DNA from: an uncultured delta proteobacterium
GTDB lineage: Bacteria; Myxococcota; Myxococcia; Myxococcales; Myxococcaceae
Length of the DNA: 64,000 nt
Assembly (NCBI GenBank): GCA_963796055.1
Contig: CAWCKH010000003.1
Location: 32,001-96,000 of the forward strand
Reading direction: 5' to 3'
In this document: in pieces, positions 10,808 through 19,199 of the stretch
How positions within the stretch are numbered: the stretch's first letter is position 1
How the letters are laid out: each line of letters begins with the position of its first letter
The notes under the pieces: generated by a model
Seen by the model: only the letters and a program-made list of their open reading frames with translations
Told to the model about the DNA's origin: nothing
Database searches by the model: none
Program-made: the position numbers and the translations under genes

Positions 10808-11901
10808 CAGAGCGACTCCAGCGCCCGGTCGATGGCGAGGCCGAGGAGCTCCTCGGGAAGGGCCGGCTCCACCGCGCCGCGCCCGATGCCGTCCAGGACG
10901 ACGTAGCGGATCTTCCCCGCGCTCGCCTTCTTGTCCCGGCCGAGTGCCGCCCGCACCTCGTCGCGGGCCGGGCGAGTCACCCCGGGAGGCCTCGGGAAGC
11001 GCGAGAGCACCTCCTGGATGCGCCTGACGTGCTCGCTCCCGAGCCGGCCGAGACGCTCGGAGACCGCGACCGCCGCCCGCATCCCCAGGACCACCGCCTC
11101 CCCGTGGCTCAGCGGCCCGTGGCCGGTCGCCGCCTCCAGCGCGTGCCCGACGGTGTGACCGAGGTTCAGCATCATCCGTGGCCCGCGCTCCAGCTCGTCC
11201 TCCGACACCAGCAGGGCCTTCAGCGCCGCGGTGCGCCCCACCACGCCCGCCCACCCCTCATCGTCCGCGCGACCGGCCCCGAGCGCCGGGAGGGCCGTCT
11301 CCAGCTCGTTGAACAGTTCGCCGTCGAGCACCAGCGCCGTCTTCACCACCTCTGCCAGCCCGTTCCAGCGCTCGCGCTCGGGGAGCGTCCGCAAGGTGGA
11401 GACGTCGCACAGGACACGGACCGGCGGATGAAAGGCGCCGATGAGGTTCTTTCCCAGCCGGTGGTCGATCGCCACCTTCCCGCCGATGGACGAGTCGACC
11501 TGCGCGAGCAGTGTGGTGGGTGCCTGCAGGACCCGGATCCCCCGGTGGAACGTCGCCGCCACGAAGCCGGCGAGGTCCCCGACCACGCCCCCACCGAGCG
11601 CGAGCACGCTGTCTCCACGCCCGAACCCGGCCTCGATCAGCCCCGTCCAGAGCGCGTCCGCGCCGGCCAGCGTCTTGCTGCCTTCACCCGCTGGAATCTC
11701 GAGCAGCACCGGGTCGAACCCCGCCCGTGCGAGATCGGCCCGCACCCGGTCGCCCCACAGCGGCCGGACGTTCCGGTCGGTGACCACCGCCACCCGGCCG
11801 GTGAGCCCTGCGGCCCCGGGATCCCCGGCGAGGTCACCGAGCAGGCCTGGAGCGATGTCCACGAAGTACGGGCCCGTGCGCGACTGGACCGTCACCCTCA
11901 C
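10807..11901 (-). CDS. aroB: 3-dehydroquinate synthase
   Basis: GEGSKTL, ALGGGVVGDLAGF, PTTLLAQVDSSIGGK, KNLIGAFHPP, LNLGHTVGHALE, HGEAV, DKK. Confidence 0.96.
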   Translation of the reverse strand: MRVTVQSRTGPYFVDIAPGLLGDLAGDPGAAGLTGRVAVVTDRNVRPLWGDRVRADLARAGFDPVLLEIPAGEGSKTLAGADALWTGLIEAGFGRGDSVLALGGGVVGDLAGFVAATFHRGIRVLQAPTTLLAQVDSSIGGKVAIDHRLGKNLIGAFHPPVRVLCDVSTLRTLPERERWNGLAEVVKTALVLDGELFNELETALPALGAGRADDEGWAGVVGRTAALKALLVSEDELERGPRMMLNLGHTVGHALEAATGHGPLSHGEAVVLGMRAAVAVSERLGRLGSEHVRRIQEVLSRFPRPPGVTRPARDEVRAALGRDKKASAGKIRYVVLDGIGRGAVEPALPEELLGLAIDRALESL

Positions 11902-13628
11902 GGCGCGGTCCCGGGCCGGGCCAGCGGCCCCTGCAGCGAGCGGAGCAGCCCCACCAGCCCACCCGCCGCGCCATCGGGCCCCAGCCCCTCGGTGTCGAGC
12001 GTCAGGTCGGCGCGGCGGTACAGGTGGCGCCGCTCTCGCAGGAGCGCCTCGAGCACGGCGGCGGCGTCCCCCGCCAGGAGCGGCCTCGGCGCGGTCTCGG
12101 TGGCCAGCCGCGCCAGCAGCGTCTCCTTCCGGGCGGTGAGGCCCAGCACCACCCCGCTCCGTCGCATCGTCCGCCACGCAGCCTCGCCCAGCACCACGCC
12201 CCCGCCCGTCGCCACCACCGCCACCGGTCCCTTGGCCGCCGAGCCCACCGCCTCCGCCTCGAGCGCCCGGAACCGCGGCTCGCCCTCGGAGCGGAAGAGG
12301 TCCGCGACCGATTTGCCGGCCCGCTGCTCGACGATCGCATCCAGATCGACGAACGGCAGGCCGAGGAGGACCGACAGACGCCGGCCGGCCTCGGTCTTCC
12401 CCGAGCCCATCGGCCCCACCAGCCAGACGTGCCCGGGGCGGATCCGGGCCGCGAGGCGGAGCCGGGCGAACGCAGGCCGGAGCGCGTCCATGGTGTCGCC
12501 GCCCAGCGCTTCCAGCACCGCGTCCGCCAGGGCCAGGGAGAGCACGGCCTCGGTGACCACCCCCGCAGCCGGCACGGCGCAGGTGTCGCTCCGCTCGACG
12601 TGGGCGGGGACCAGCTCCAGCGAGCCCAGGTGGACCGACGGGAGCGCCGCGGGCACGGTGGCGATGGGCTTCATCACCGCCCGCAGCACCACCGGCTCGC
12701 CGTTGGTGATCCCTCCCTCCAGCCCACCCGCGTGGTTGCTGGTGCGGACCAGCCGTTCTCCGGAGAGCACGATCGGATCGTGCGTCTCGCTGCCGTAGGC
12801 CCGGCCACCCCGGATGCCGTCGCCGATCTCCACCGCCTTGATGGCCTGGATGGAGAGCAGCGCGCCGCCAAGCCGCCCATCGAGCTTGCGGTCCGCCTGC
12901 ACGTGCGAGCCGAGCCCCGGCGGAACCCCGGTGGCCACCACCTCGATCACCCCGCCCACCGTGTCCCGGCGGCGTTGCGCCTCCTGGATGGCCTGCACCA
13001 GCCGGTCGGACCCGGCGGCCGTCAGGGCGCGGGTCTCGGTCTCGTCGGCCCGGAGGGCGAGCGCCTCGGCATCCTCCTGGACCAGCTCGGGTGCGACGTC
13101 CGAGGCGGCGTCGGCCTCGGCAGCGCCGATGCTCATTACGTAGCTCCCCACCTGGATGCCGAGCTCGCGGAGGAGAGCGCGCGCCGCGGCGCCGAGCCCC
13201 ACCCGCATCGCAGTCTCGCGCGCCGAGGCCCGCTCGAGGATGTCGCGGAGGTCCGCGGTGCGCCCGTACTTCAGCGCCCCGGCGAGGTCGGTGTGCCCCG
13301 GACGCGGCACCTGGACCGGCCGCGGGTCGGCTCCGCCGGGCGCAGCGCTCATCCGCTCGGTCCAGTTCTCCCAGTCGCGGTTCCTGATCAGCAGGCCCAG
13401 CGGCGACCCGAGCGTCTCGCCGAAGCGCACCCCGGCGAGGAGCTCCGCCGCGTCCTGCTCGATGCGCATCCGCCCTCCCCGCCCGTACCCCTTCTGCCGG
13501 CGGGCGAGGTCCCGGTCGATGAGCGCCGCGGTCAAGGGGAGCCCAGCCGGCAGCCCCTCGAGGATGCCGAGGAGGGCCGGCCCGTGACTCTCGCCGGCGG
13601 TGAGGGCCCGGAGCCGCCGGAGCGTCAT
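11898..13628 (-). CDS. aroC: Chorismate synthase fused to a C-terminal shikimate kinase (AroC-AroK)
   Basis: TAGESHG, RPGHTDL, ERASARETA, GGLEGGITNG, MKPIAT, ERSD, then in frame LVGPMGSGKT (P-loop), FVDLD, GEPRFRALE, ATGGG, RPLL, RRHLY. Confidence 0.92.
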   Translation of the reverse strand: MTLRRLRALTAGESHGPALLGILEGLPAGLPLTAALIDRDLARRQKGYGRGGRMRIEQDAAELLAGVRFGETLGSPLGLLIRNRDWENWTERMSAAPGGADPRPVQVPRPGHTDLAGALKYGRTADLRDILERASARETAMRVGLGAAARALLRELGIQVGSYVMSIGAAEADAASDVAPELVQEDAEALALRADETETRALTAAGSDRLVQAIQEAQRRRDTVGGVIEVVATGVPPGLGSHVQADRKLDGRLGGALLSIQAIKAVEIGDGIRGGRAYGSETHDPIVLSGERLVRTSNHAGGLEGGITNGEPVVLRAVMKPIATVPAALPSVHLGSLELVPAHVERSDTCAVPAAGVVTEAVLSLALADAVLEALGGDTMDALRPAFARLRLAARIRPGHVWLVGPMGSGKTEAGRRLSVLLGLPFVDLDAIVEQRAGKSVADLFRSEGEPRFRALEAEAVGSAAKGPVAVVATGGGVVLGEAAWRTMRRSGVVLGLTARKETLLARLATETAPRPLLAGDAAAVLEALLRERRHLYRRADLTLDTEGLGPDGAAGGLVGLLRSLQGPLARPGTAP

Positions 13629-14461
13629 CCGGCCTCCGCCAGGTGCGCGTGCAGCGCGATTGCTGCCGGGGCGCCGACCTGGGTACCCGTCCACAGCCGG
13701 AGCTGGGCGAGCCCCTGGAAGACCAGCATCCAGAGGCCGTCCACGGCGCGCGCTCCCGCCTGTTCTGCTTCCCGCAGCAGACGCGTCCGCAGCGGGCGGT
13801 AGACCATGTCCATGACCGTCAGCCGATCGTGTAGCACGCAGCCCGGGGGCAGCGGGGAGTCGTCCGGCGCGTCGAGCCCCACCGAGGTCGCCTGCAGCAG
13901 GACGTCCACGCCGGGGAGCACCGGGGCGAGCGCCGCGGTGGTCAGCGGGATCGCCTCGCCATCGAAGGCGCTCGCCAGCTCCAGCGCGCGCGCGGGGTGC
14001 CGGTTGGCGATCCACAGCCGGGCCACGCCTTGCTCCCTCGAGGCCGCGGCCGCAGCTCTGGCCGCCCCACCTGCCCCGAGGAGCAGCACGCGGGCGTCGC
14101 CGAGCGAGACGCCGTGGTGGTCCAGGGCCCTCAGCAGGCCCTCGACGTCGGTGTTGTGGGCCACCAGCCGGCCACCCGGCCCGCGGACCAGGCAGTTTGC
14201 GGCACCGGTGCGCGCGGCCTGCGGGTCGGAGCGATCGGCGAGCACCACGGCGTTCTGCTTGTGCGGAATGGTGACCGAAAGGCCGTCCCACCGGCCACCG
14301 CGGGTCTCCTCGAGGACTGCGGCCAGCGACTCCGCGGGTACCCGGACCGCCTCGCAGCTCAGGGCGAGGCCCAGCCGGCCGGCGAGCCACTCGAACATCC
14401 GCGGGGACGCGGAGTGGGCAATCGGATCTCCGATGACTGCGAAGCGCGGCGCGGGCGGCAT
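13625..14461 (-). CDS. aroE: Shikimate dehydrogenase
   Basis: GDPIAHSASP, SVTIPHK, GAANC, HNTDVEG, LGAGGAARA, DMVYRP, DGLWMLVFQG. Confidence 0.95.
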   Translation of the reverse strand: MPPAPRFAVIGDPIAHSASPRMFEWLAGRLGLALSCEAVRVPAESLAAVLEETRGGRWDGLSVTIPHKQNAVVLADRSDPQAARTGAANCLVRGPGGRLVAHNTDVEGLLRALDHHGVSLGDARVLLLGAGGAARAAAAASREQGVARLWIANRHPARALELASAFDGEAIPLTTAALAPVLPGVDVLLQATSVGLDAPDDSPLPPGCVLHDRLTVMDMVYRPLRTRLLREAEQAGARAVDGLWMLVFQGLAQLRLWTGTQVGAPAAIALHAHLAEAG

Positions 14462-14629
14462 CCGGCGGGACTCTACCCCCTCGCGGCGGAGTGCCGAGGG
14501 CCATCTCTTCTGGTCATGGGAGCGGCGCCCCGAAGATCTTGGACCCGTCGCCCCCTGCGCCGCATCTTGTCGCACCCTGGCCTCGGGTTCTCGGCGACGC
14601 TGCCCGAGCTCGACGGGATGCCCCGAGCC

Positions 14630-15523
14630 CTAGCTGAAGGTGAACGTCTCGGCGAGGCTGCGGAAGGCCGTCGCTGCCGGGCCGAGGCGCCTCGCCTTCC
14701 AGCGGATCCAGGACAGCGTTCGCCTCAGCGCGAAGTCCTGGACCTCCACCCTCTTCAAGCGGCCGTCCTGGACCTCGTCGCGCACCGCGCGGGCGGAGAG
14801 CAGCGCCCAGCCGACCCCGGCGGCCACCAGGCCCTTGATCGCCTCGGTGCTGTTCACCGCGAAGGAGCGCCTGGGCGTCCAGCGCCGCCGGCGTAGCGCG
14901 GACAGCATCACCTCCCGGGTTCCGGCGCCCTCCTCACGGAGCAAGAGCACCTCCTCCATCGGCTGGGGTCCAGTCGCCCGGCGGCTCCGGGCCAGCGGGT
15001 GGTCGGGAGCGACCACCACCACCAGCTCGTCCTCGCGCCAGGGGCGGACCTCCAGGCGCCCGTCGTGGACTGGGCCCTCGACCAGGCCGAGCTCCACCTC
15101 GTGCTCCAGGACCGCGCCCACCACGGTGCGGGCGTTGGCCGAGAGGAGCTGGAGGTCGATCCCGGGATTGGCCCGGTACAGCGCGCCGAGCACCGGTGGC
15201 AGGAAATAGGCCGCGAGTGTGGTGCTCGCCCCCACGCGGAGCACGCCGCGCCGCAGGCCGCGGAGTGACTCCAGCTGCTCCTCCGCCGCGCGTTCCTCGG
15301 CGAAGAGGGCCCGGGCATGCTCCACCAGCAGCGTCCCCGCCTCGGTGAGGACCACCCCGGAGGGCGAGCGGACCAGGAGCTGCGCTCCACTCTGCTGCTC
15401 GAGGAGCCGCACCGCCTTGGAGATGGCCGGCTGGCTCACCCCCGTCATCCGGGCCGCCCGGGAAAAGCCCCGGTGGGTGGCGACCGCCAGGTAGAGCCGG
15501 AGCGAGTTCAGGTTCAGGGCCAT
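14630..15523 (-). CDS. LysR-family transcriptional regulator (CysL/YeiE-like)
   Basis: HTH FSRAARMTGVSQPAISKAVRLLE, LTEAG, GASTTLAAYFLP, LVEG, LLREEGAGTR, STEAIKGLV. Confidence 0.92.
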   Translation of the reverse strand: MALNLNSLRLYLAVATHRGFSRAARMTGVSQPAISKAVRLLEQQSGAQLLVRSPSGVVLTEAGTLLVEHARALFAEERAAEEQLESLRGLRRGVLRVGASTTLAAYFLPPVLGALYRANPGIDLQLLSANARTVVGAVLEHEVELGLVEGPVHDGRLEVRPWREDELVVVVAPDHPLARSRRATGPQPMEEVLLLREEGAGTREVMLSALRRRRWTPRRSFAVNSTEAIKGLVAAGVGWALLSARAVRDEVQDGRLKRVEVQDFALRRTLSWIRWKARRLGPAATAFRSLAETFTFS

Positions 15524-15621
15524 TGCCTCAGGTTATCGAAACGTCACGATGGATTCGCCAGTACTGGTGGCTTCCGGCGGCTGGGTAGGCTCGAGGCCCG
15601 AGCGCGAGGTAGGGAAGCCGA

Positions 15622-17298
15622 ATGATCGACGTCTCCGAGCTGGCGGCCGTCCCGGTCCTCTCCAAGGTCGCGGCCGAGGATCTGGCCAGCATCGCGAAGA
15701 CGGCCGCCGACATCCGGCTGGCAGCCGGCGAGGTCGCGGTGCACGAGGGCGATGACCGCGCGCTCTACGTGGTGCTCTCGGGGAAGATCGAGGTGAGCAA
15801 GTCCATCGACGGGATCGAGCGGACCGTCGGCTGGCGCGCACCGGGGCAGATCTTCGGCGAGGTCCCGATCATCTTCGGCACCACGTTCCAGGCAACCCAC
15901 CGAGCACGGGAGCCCTCGCGCGTCATCCGCATCGAGGCGGCGCAGTTCCATGCGGTCGCCGCCCGTTCGCCTGACACCCTGACCCAGGTCGCCGCCCTGG
16001 CCCGGGAACGCATCGGAGGGCTCCAGGGCATCGCCGCCGCGCCGACCCGATCCCGGGCGACGCTGCTCGGACATCGCGGAGATCCGGCCTGCCGGGAGCT
16101 CCGGAGCTTTCTCACCCGGAACCAGATCCGGTTCGAGTGGTTGAGCCCCGACTCGAGCGATGCGGGCCGGTGGTCCGGAGCCACGGTCGGACCGGACGAT
16201 CTTCCCGCCTTGCACTGCGAGGACGGGAACACGCTGCTGCGGGCCAGCTCGCGGGAGGTCGCCGAGCGCCTCGGCCTGCGGACCCGGCCGCACGCGAGCG
16301 AGTACGACACGGTCATCCTCGGCGGGGGACCGGCCGGTCTCGCGGCCGCGGTCTACGGTGCGTCGGAGGGGCTACGCACCCTGGTCATCGAGCGTGAGGC
16401 GCCCGGCGGCCAGGCCGAGACGTCGTCGCGGATCGAGAACTACCTCGGCTTCCCCACCGGGGTGTCGGGCGACGAGCTGGCGCGCCGGGCGCTCCAGCAG
16501 GCGAACCGGCTGGGTGCGGAGATCATCGTGACCCGCCCGGTGACCGCCATCCACCTGGACACCCGCACCGTGCGGCTGGAGGGTTGCGAGCCGGTGCACG
16601 CCCGCACGCTGATCATCGCCACCGGGGTCAGCTGGCGCCGGCTGGCGATCGACGGCTTCGACCGCCTGCTCGGGAAGGGCGTGTACTACGGCGCGTCCCG
16701 GAGCGAGGCGAGCGCGACGCAGGACCAGGACATCCATCTCATCGGCGCAGGGAACTCGGCCGGTCAGGCGGCGCTGTTCTTCGCCAACCACGCGCGCACG
16801 GTGACGCTGCTGGTCCGCGGCAGCTCGCTGGAGAAGAGCATGTCGCACTACCTGATCGAGCAGCTCCGCGGAAAGTCGAACGTCCGCGTCGCGCTCGACT
16901 CCGAGGTACAGGGCGTCCACGGGAAGGAGCAGCTGGAAGCGATCGACGTCGTGAATCGCGCCACCGGCGACGTCGGGCGCCAGCCCAGCAGCGGAGTGTT
17001 CGTCTTCATCGGCGCCGACGCTGAGACCTCGTGGCTTCCGGAGGGGATCGCCCTGGACGAGCGGGGCTACGTGCTCACCGGTGAGTCGGTGGTCAAGGCG
17101 GGGCGCTGGCGGGAAGCACGGGACCCTTACCTCCTCGAGACCAGCGTGCCCGGCATCTTCGCCTGCGGCGACGTCCGGTGCAGCCCGGTGAAGCGGGTCG
17201 CCGCTGCGGTGGGCGAGGGCAGCATGGCCATCGCCTTCGTCCACCAGTTTCTCCGGGTCGCCGCTGGAGCGAGCCCCGCACCGACGCACCGCGGCTAG
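15622..17298 (+). CDS. cNMP-binding domain + glutaredoxin-like linker + thioredoxin reductase-like FAD oxidoreductase
   Basis: N-terminal HEGD..LYVVLSGKIEV..GQIFGEV; C-terminal GGGPAGLAAAVYGASEG, IENYLGFP, IGAGNSAGQAA, GIFACGDVR, AVGEG. Confidence 0.9.
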   Translation: MIDVSELAAVPVLSKVAAEDLASIAKTAADIRLAAGEVAVHEGDDRALYVVLSGKIEVSKSIDGIERTVGWRAPGQIFGEVPIIFGTTFQATHRAREPSRVIRIEAAQFHAVAARSPDTLTQVAALARERIGGLQGIAAAPTRSRATLLGHRGDPACRELRSFLTRNQIRFEWLSPDSSDAGRWSGATVGPDDLPALHCEDGNTLLRASSREVAERLGLRTRPHASEYDTVILGGGPAGLAAAVYGASEGLRTLVIEREAPGGQAETSSRIENYLGFPTGVSGDELARRALQQANRLGAEIIVTRPVTAIHLDTRTVRLEGCEPVHARTLIIATGVSWRRLAIDGFDRLLGKGVYYGASRSEASATQDQDIHLIGAGNSAGQAALFFANHARTVTLLVRGSSLEKSMSHYLIEQLRGKSNVRVALDSEVQGVHGKEQLEAIDVVNRATGDVGRQPSSGVFVFIGADAETSWLPEGIALDERGYVLTGESVVKAGRWREARDPYLLETSVPGIFACGDVRCSPVKRVAAAVGEGSMAIAFVHQFLRVAAGASPAPTHRG

Positions 17299-17356
17299 AC
17301 GCATTCGGGGCGAGCCTCGCTCATGCCGCGGGCTGGCATGTACGACATCTGAATCA

Positions 17357-17384
17357 TGCAAGAACTTGCACGACTGAGTGCAAG
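17357..17384. promoter_or_regulatory. Interlocked inverted repeats, candidate operator
   Basis: TGCAAG-AA-CTTGCA overlapping CTTGCAC-GACTGA-GTGCAAG in a relatively AT-rich intergenic stretch upstream of 17534. Confidence 0.4.
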
Positions 17385-17533
17385 ATCGCGCTCGCCCATT
17401 GCCCCGGAGGTCCACCAAAGGGTCCGTGACCCCACGGCGCAGCTCCGGCACGAGGATTGCGACTGCCGCGCCCACCCGTCTCCGGCGCTCCTCATCCCGA
17501 GTTGCCGTCGTTTCCGGGTAAGGGGGAATCGCG

Positions 17534-19198
17534 ATGCACGCAACACGATGGCCGCTGACGATCTTGGCGGCAGTGACCCTGTCCGGGGTCCTGCTCCCGT
17601 CGCCAGCATCGGCCGAATCGGTCCTTGCCCGGAGGCGGCTGGGCAACAACACCGAAGCGCTCACCTACGACCCGCGAAACGATCGCGCGGTCGCGCTCGA
17701 CGGCGACGACGTCATCGGGATCGCCCTCAACCCGCTGGATGCGGTGGTCCTCGCCACGATGCGGGGCGAAGACGGCGGCATCAGCGGGCGGGGCTACCGG
17801 AAGCTGTTCGACACGCTTGCGCTCGACCCGGTGGTCCACGACTTCCAGGGCCTGGTCTACGTGCCGACGCAGGACCGCTACTACTTCAGCACCAACAGCT
17901 TCAACAGCAACGGCCCCAGTCTGGCGACCAAGCTCTTCAGCTGTGACGCCGAGGGGCATCCAAGGCCCACCCTGGAGATCAAGGGACTCGGAGACACCTC
18001 CGACTGGAGCTCGTGGGAAGGGATGGCGTGGATCCCGCAGGATGCGCCCGCGCACCGCGGAACCATCGCCGCGCTCGGGAGCCGGAAAAGCGAGTTCGTC
18101 ACCCACCTCTTCTACATCCGGCTCGACGGACGCATCGAAGCCGAGGTGATCCCCGAGCCCGGCTCCCCGCTCGAGGACTACTTCTGCGGGGTCCAGTACT
18201 GGCCCCAGCACCCGGGCGCGGTCCTCCTCTCCAAGTGCTTCGATGCAGACCTTCACGGGGAAGTCTGGGCCATGGATATGCAGACCGGGGCCCTGGTCGG
18301 CAATCCAGCCAAGCCGCTCGTCGTCAGTGACGAGAAGGGGGACGCCGAGGGACTCATCGTTCGGCGCAACGGTCAGATCCTCCTCGGCGACTACGAGACC
18401 GGCCGCCTCTCGGCGTACGACGCATCCTTCCGGCGCACCGCGGGAGAGGACCGACTCTTCGTGGTCGGCCTCGGAGCGAATCTTCACCGGATCTCCTGGA
18501 ACCCGGATACCCAGGAGTTCATCGCCCTTACATCGGTCGGATTGCACATCTACGGGATCTCCCGGGACCTGAGCTCAGCCCGGCTGCTCTTCGATACCGA
18601 CGTCAACCACGACCTCCCGACTCCGGGCGCGGTTGCGTACCTCGGAGGCAACGAGCTGGCGATCGCCAACCGGGGCCCTCCGAGAGGGATCGATCTCACC
18701 AGCCTGATCGCCGATCCGGCTGTTCCATCGTCTGGTGTGGGCTTCAGCCAGTCCAGGCTGGTCTTCCTCCCGCCCACCTTCCCTTCCGGCCAGCTGTTCA
18801 ACCCGCTGGGGATCGGAGCCCTCGGCAGCGACCGATTCCTGGTCCGGGTGGTGGGCGACAACACCGTGCTCCGCATCGTCAGCCGATCGGGAACTCCGGA
18901 CGACAGCATCTACCCGGACGGCGTCCTCCCCGCGTATCTGGGAGACGTTCCCCTCTCCTCCCCAGCCCAGGGCGCCGACGCCCAGGTCTTCGACTCCGGC
19001 ATGGGTGGACGGATCTTCACCGGCCGGGAGATCTACGACCTCTCGGGGCGGCTCCTTCGGGTGCTGGACGTGGCCAGGCTCGGTCTCCACGAGGCGAACG
19101 AGCTCACCAGCGGGACCTGGATCTCCGGGAACACCTTCGCCGTCGAGGATGGGCGCACCAGCACCCTCATCGTCTTCACCCTGTCCGAGGGACACTGA
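17534..19198 (+). CDS. Secreted hypothetical protein, probable beta-propeller (paralogue 1)
   Basis: Signal peptide ending ASA|ES; repeated blade-like motifs NTEALTYD, FQGLVY, WEGMAW, AEGLIV. Confidence 0.75.
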   Translation: MHATRWPLTILAAVTLSGVLLPSPASAESVLARRRLGNNTEALTYDPRNDRAVALDGDDVIGIALNPLDAVVLATMRGEDGGISGRGYRKLFDTLALDPVVHDFQGLVYVPTQDRYYFSTNSFNSNGPSLATKLFSCDAEGHPRPTLEIKGLGDTSDWSSWEGMAWIPQDAPAHRGTIAALGSRKSEFVTHLFYIRLDGRIEAEVIPEPGSPLEDYFCGVQYWPQHPGAVLLSKCFDADLHGEVWAMDMQTGALVGNPAKPLVVSDEKGDAEGLIVRRNGQILLGDYETGRLSAYDASFRRTAGEDRLFVVGLGANLHRISWNPDTQEFIALTSVGLHIYGISRDLSSARLLFDTDVNHDLPTPGAVAYLGGNELAIANRGPPRGIDLTSLIADPAVPSSGVGFSQSRLVFLPPTFPSGQLFNPLGIGALGSDRFLVRVVGDNTVLRIVSRSGTPDDSIYPDGVLPAYLGDVPLSSPAQGADAQVFDSGMGGRIFTGREIYDLSGRLLRVLDVARLGLHEANELTSGTWISGNTFAVEDGRTSTLIVFTLSEGH

Positions 19199-19199
19199 C

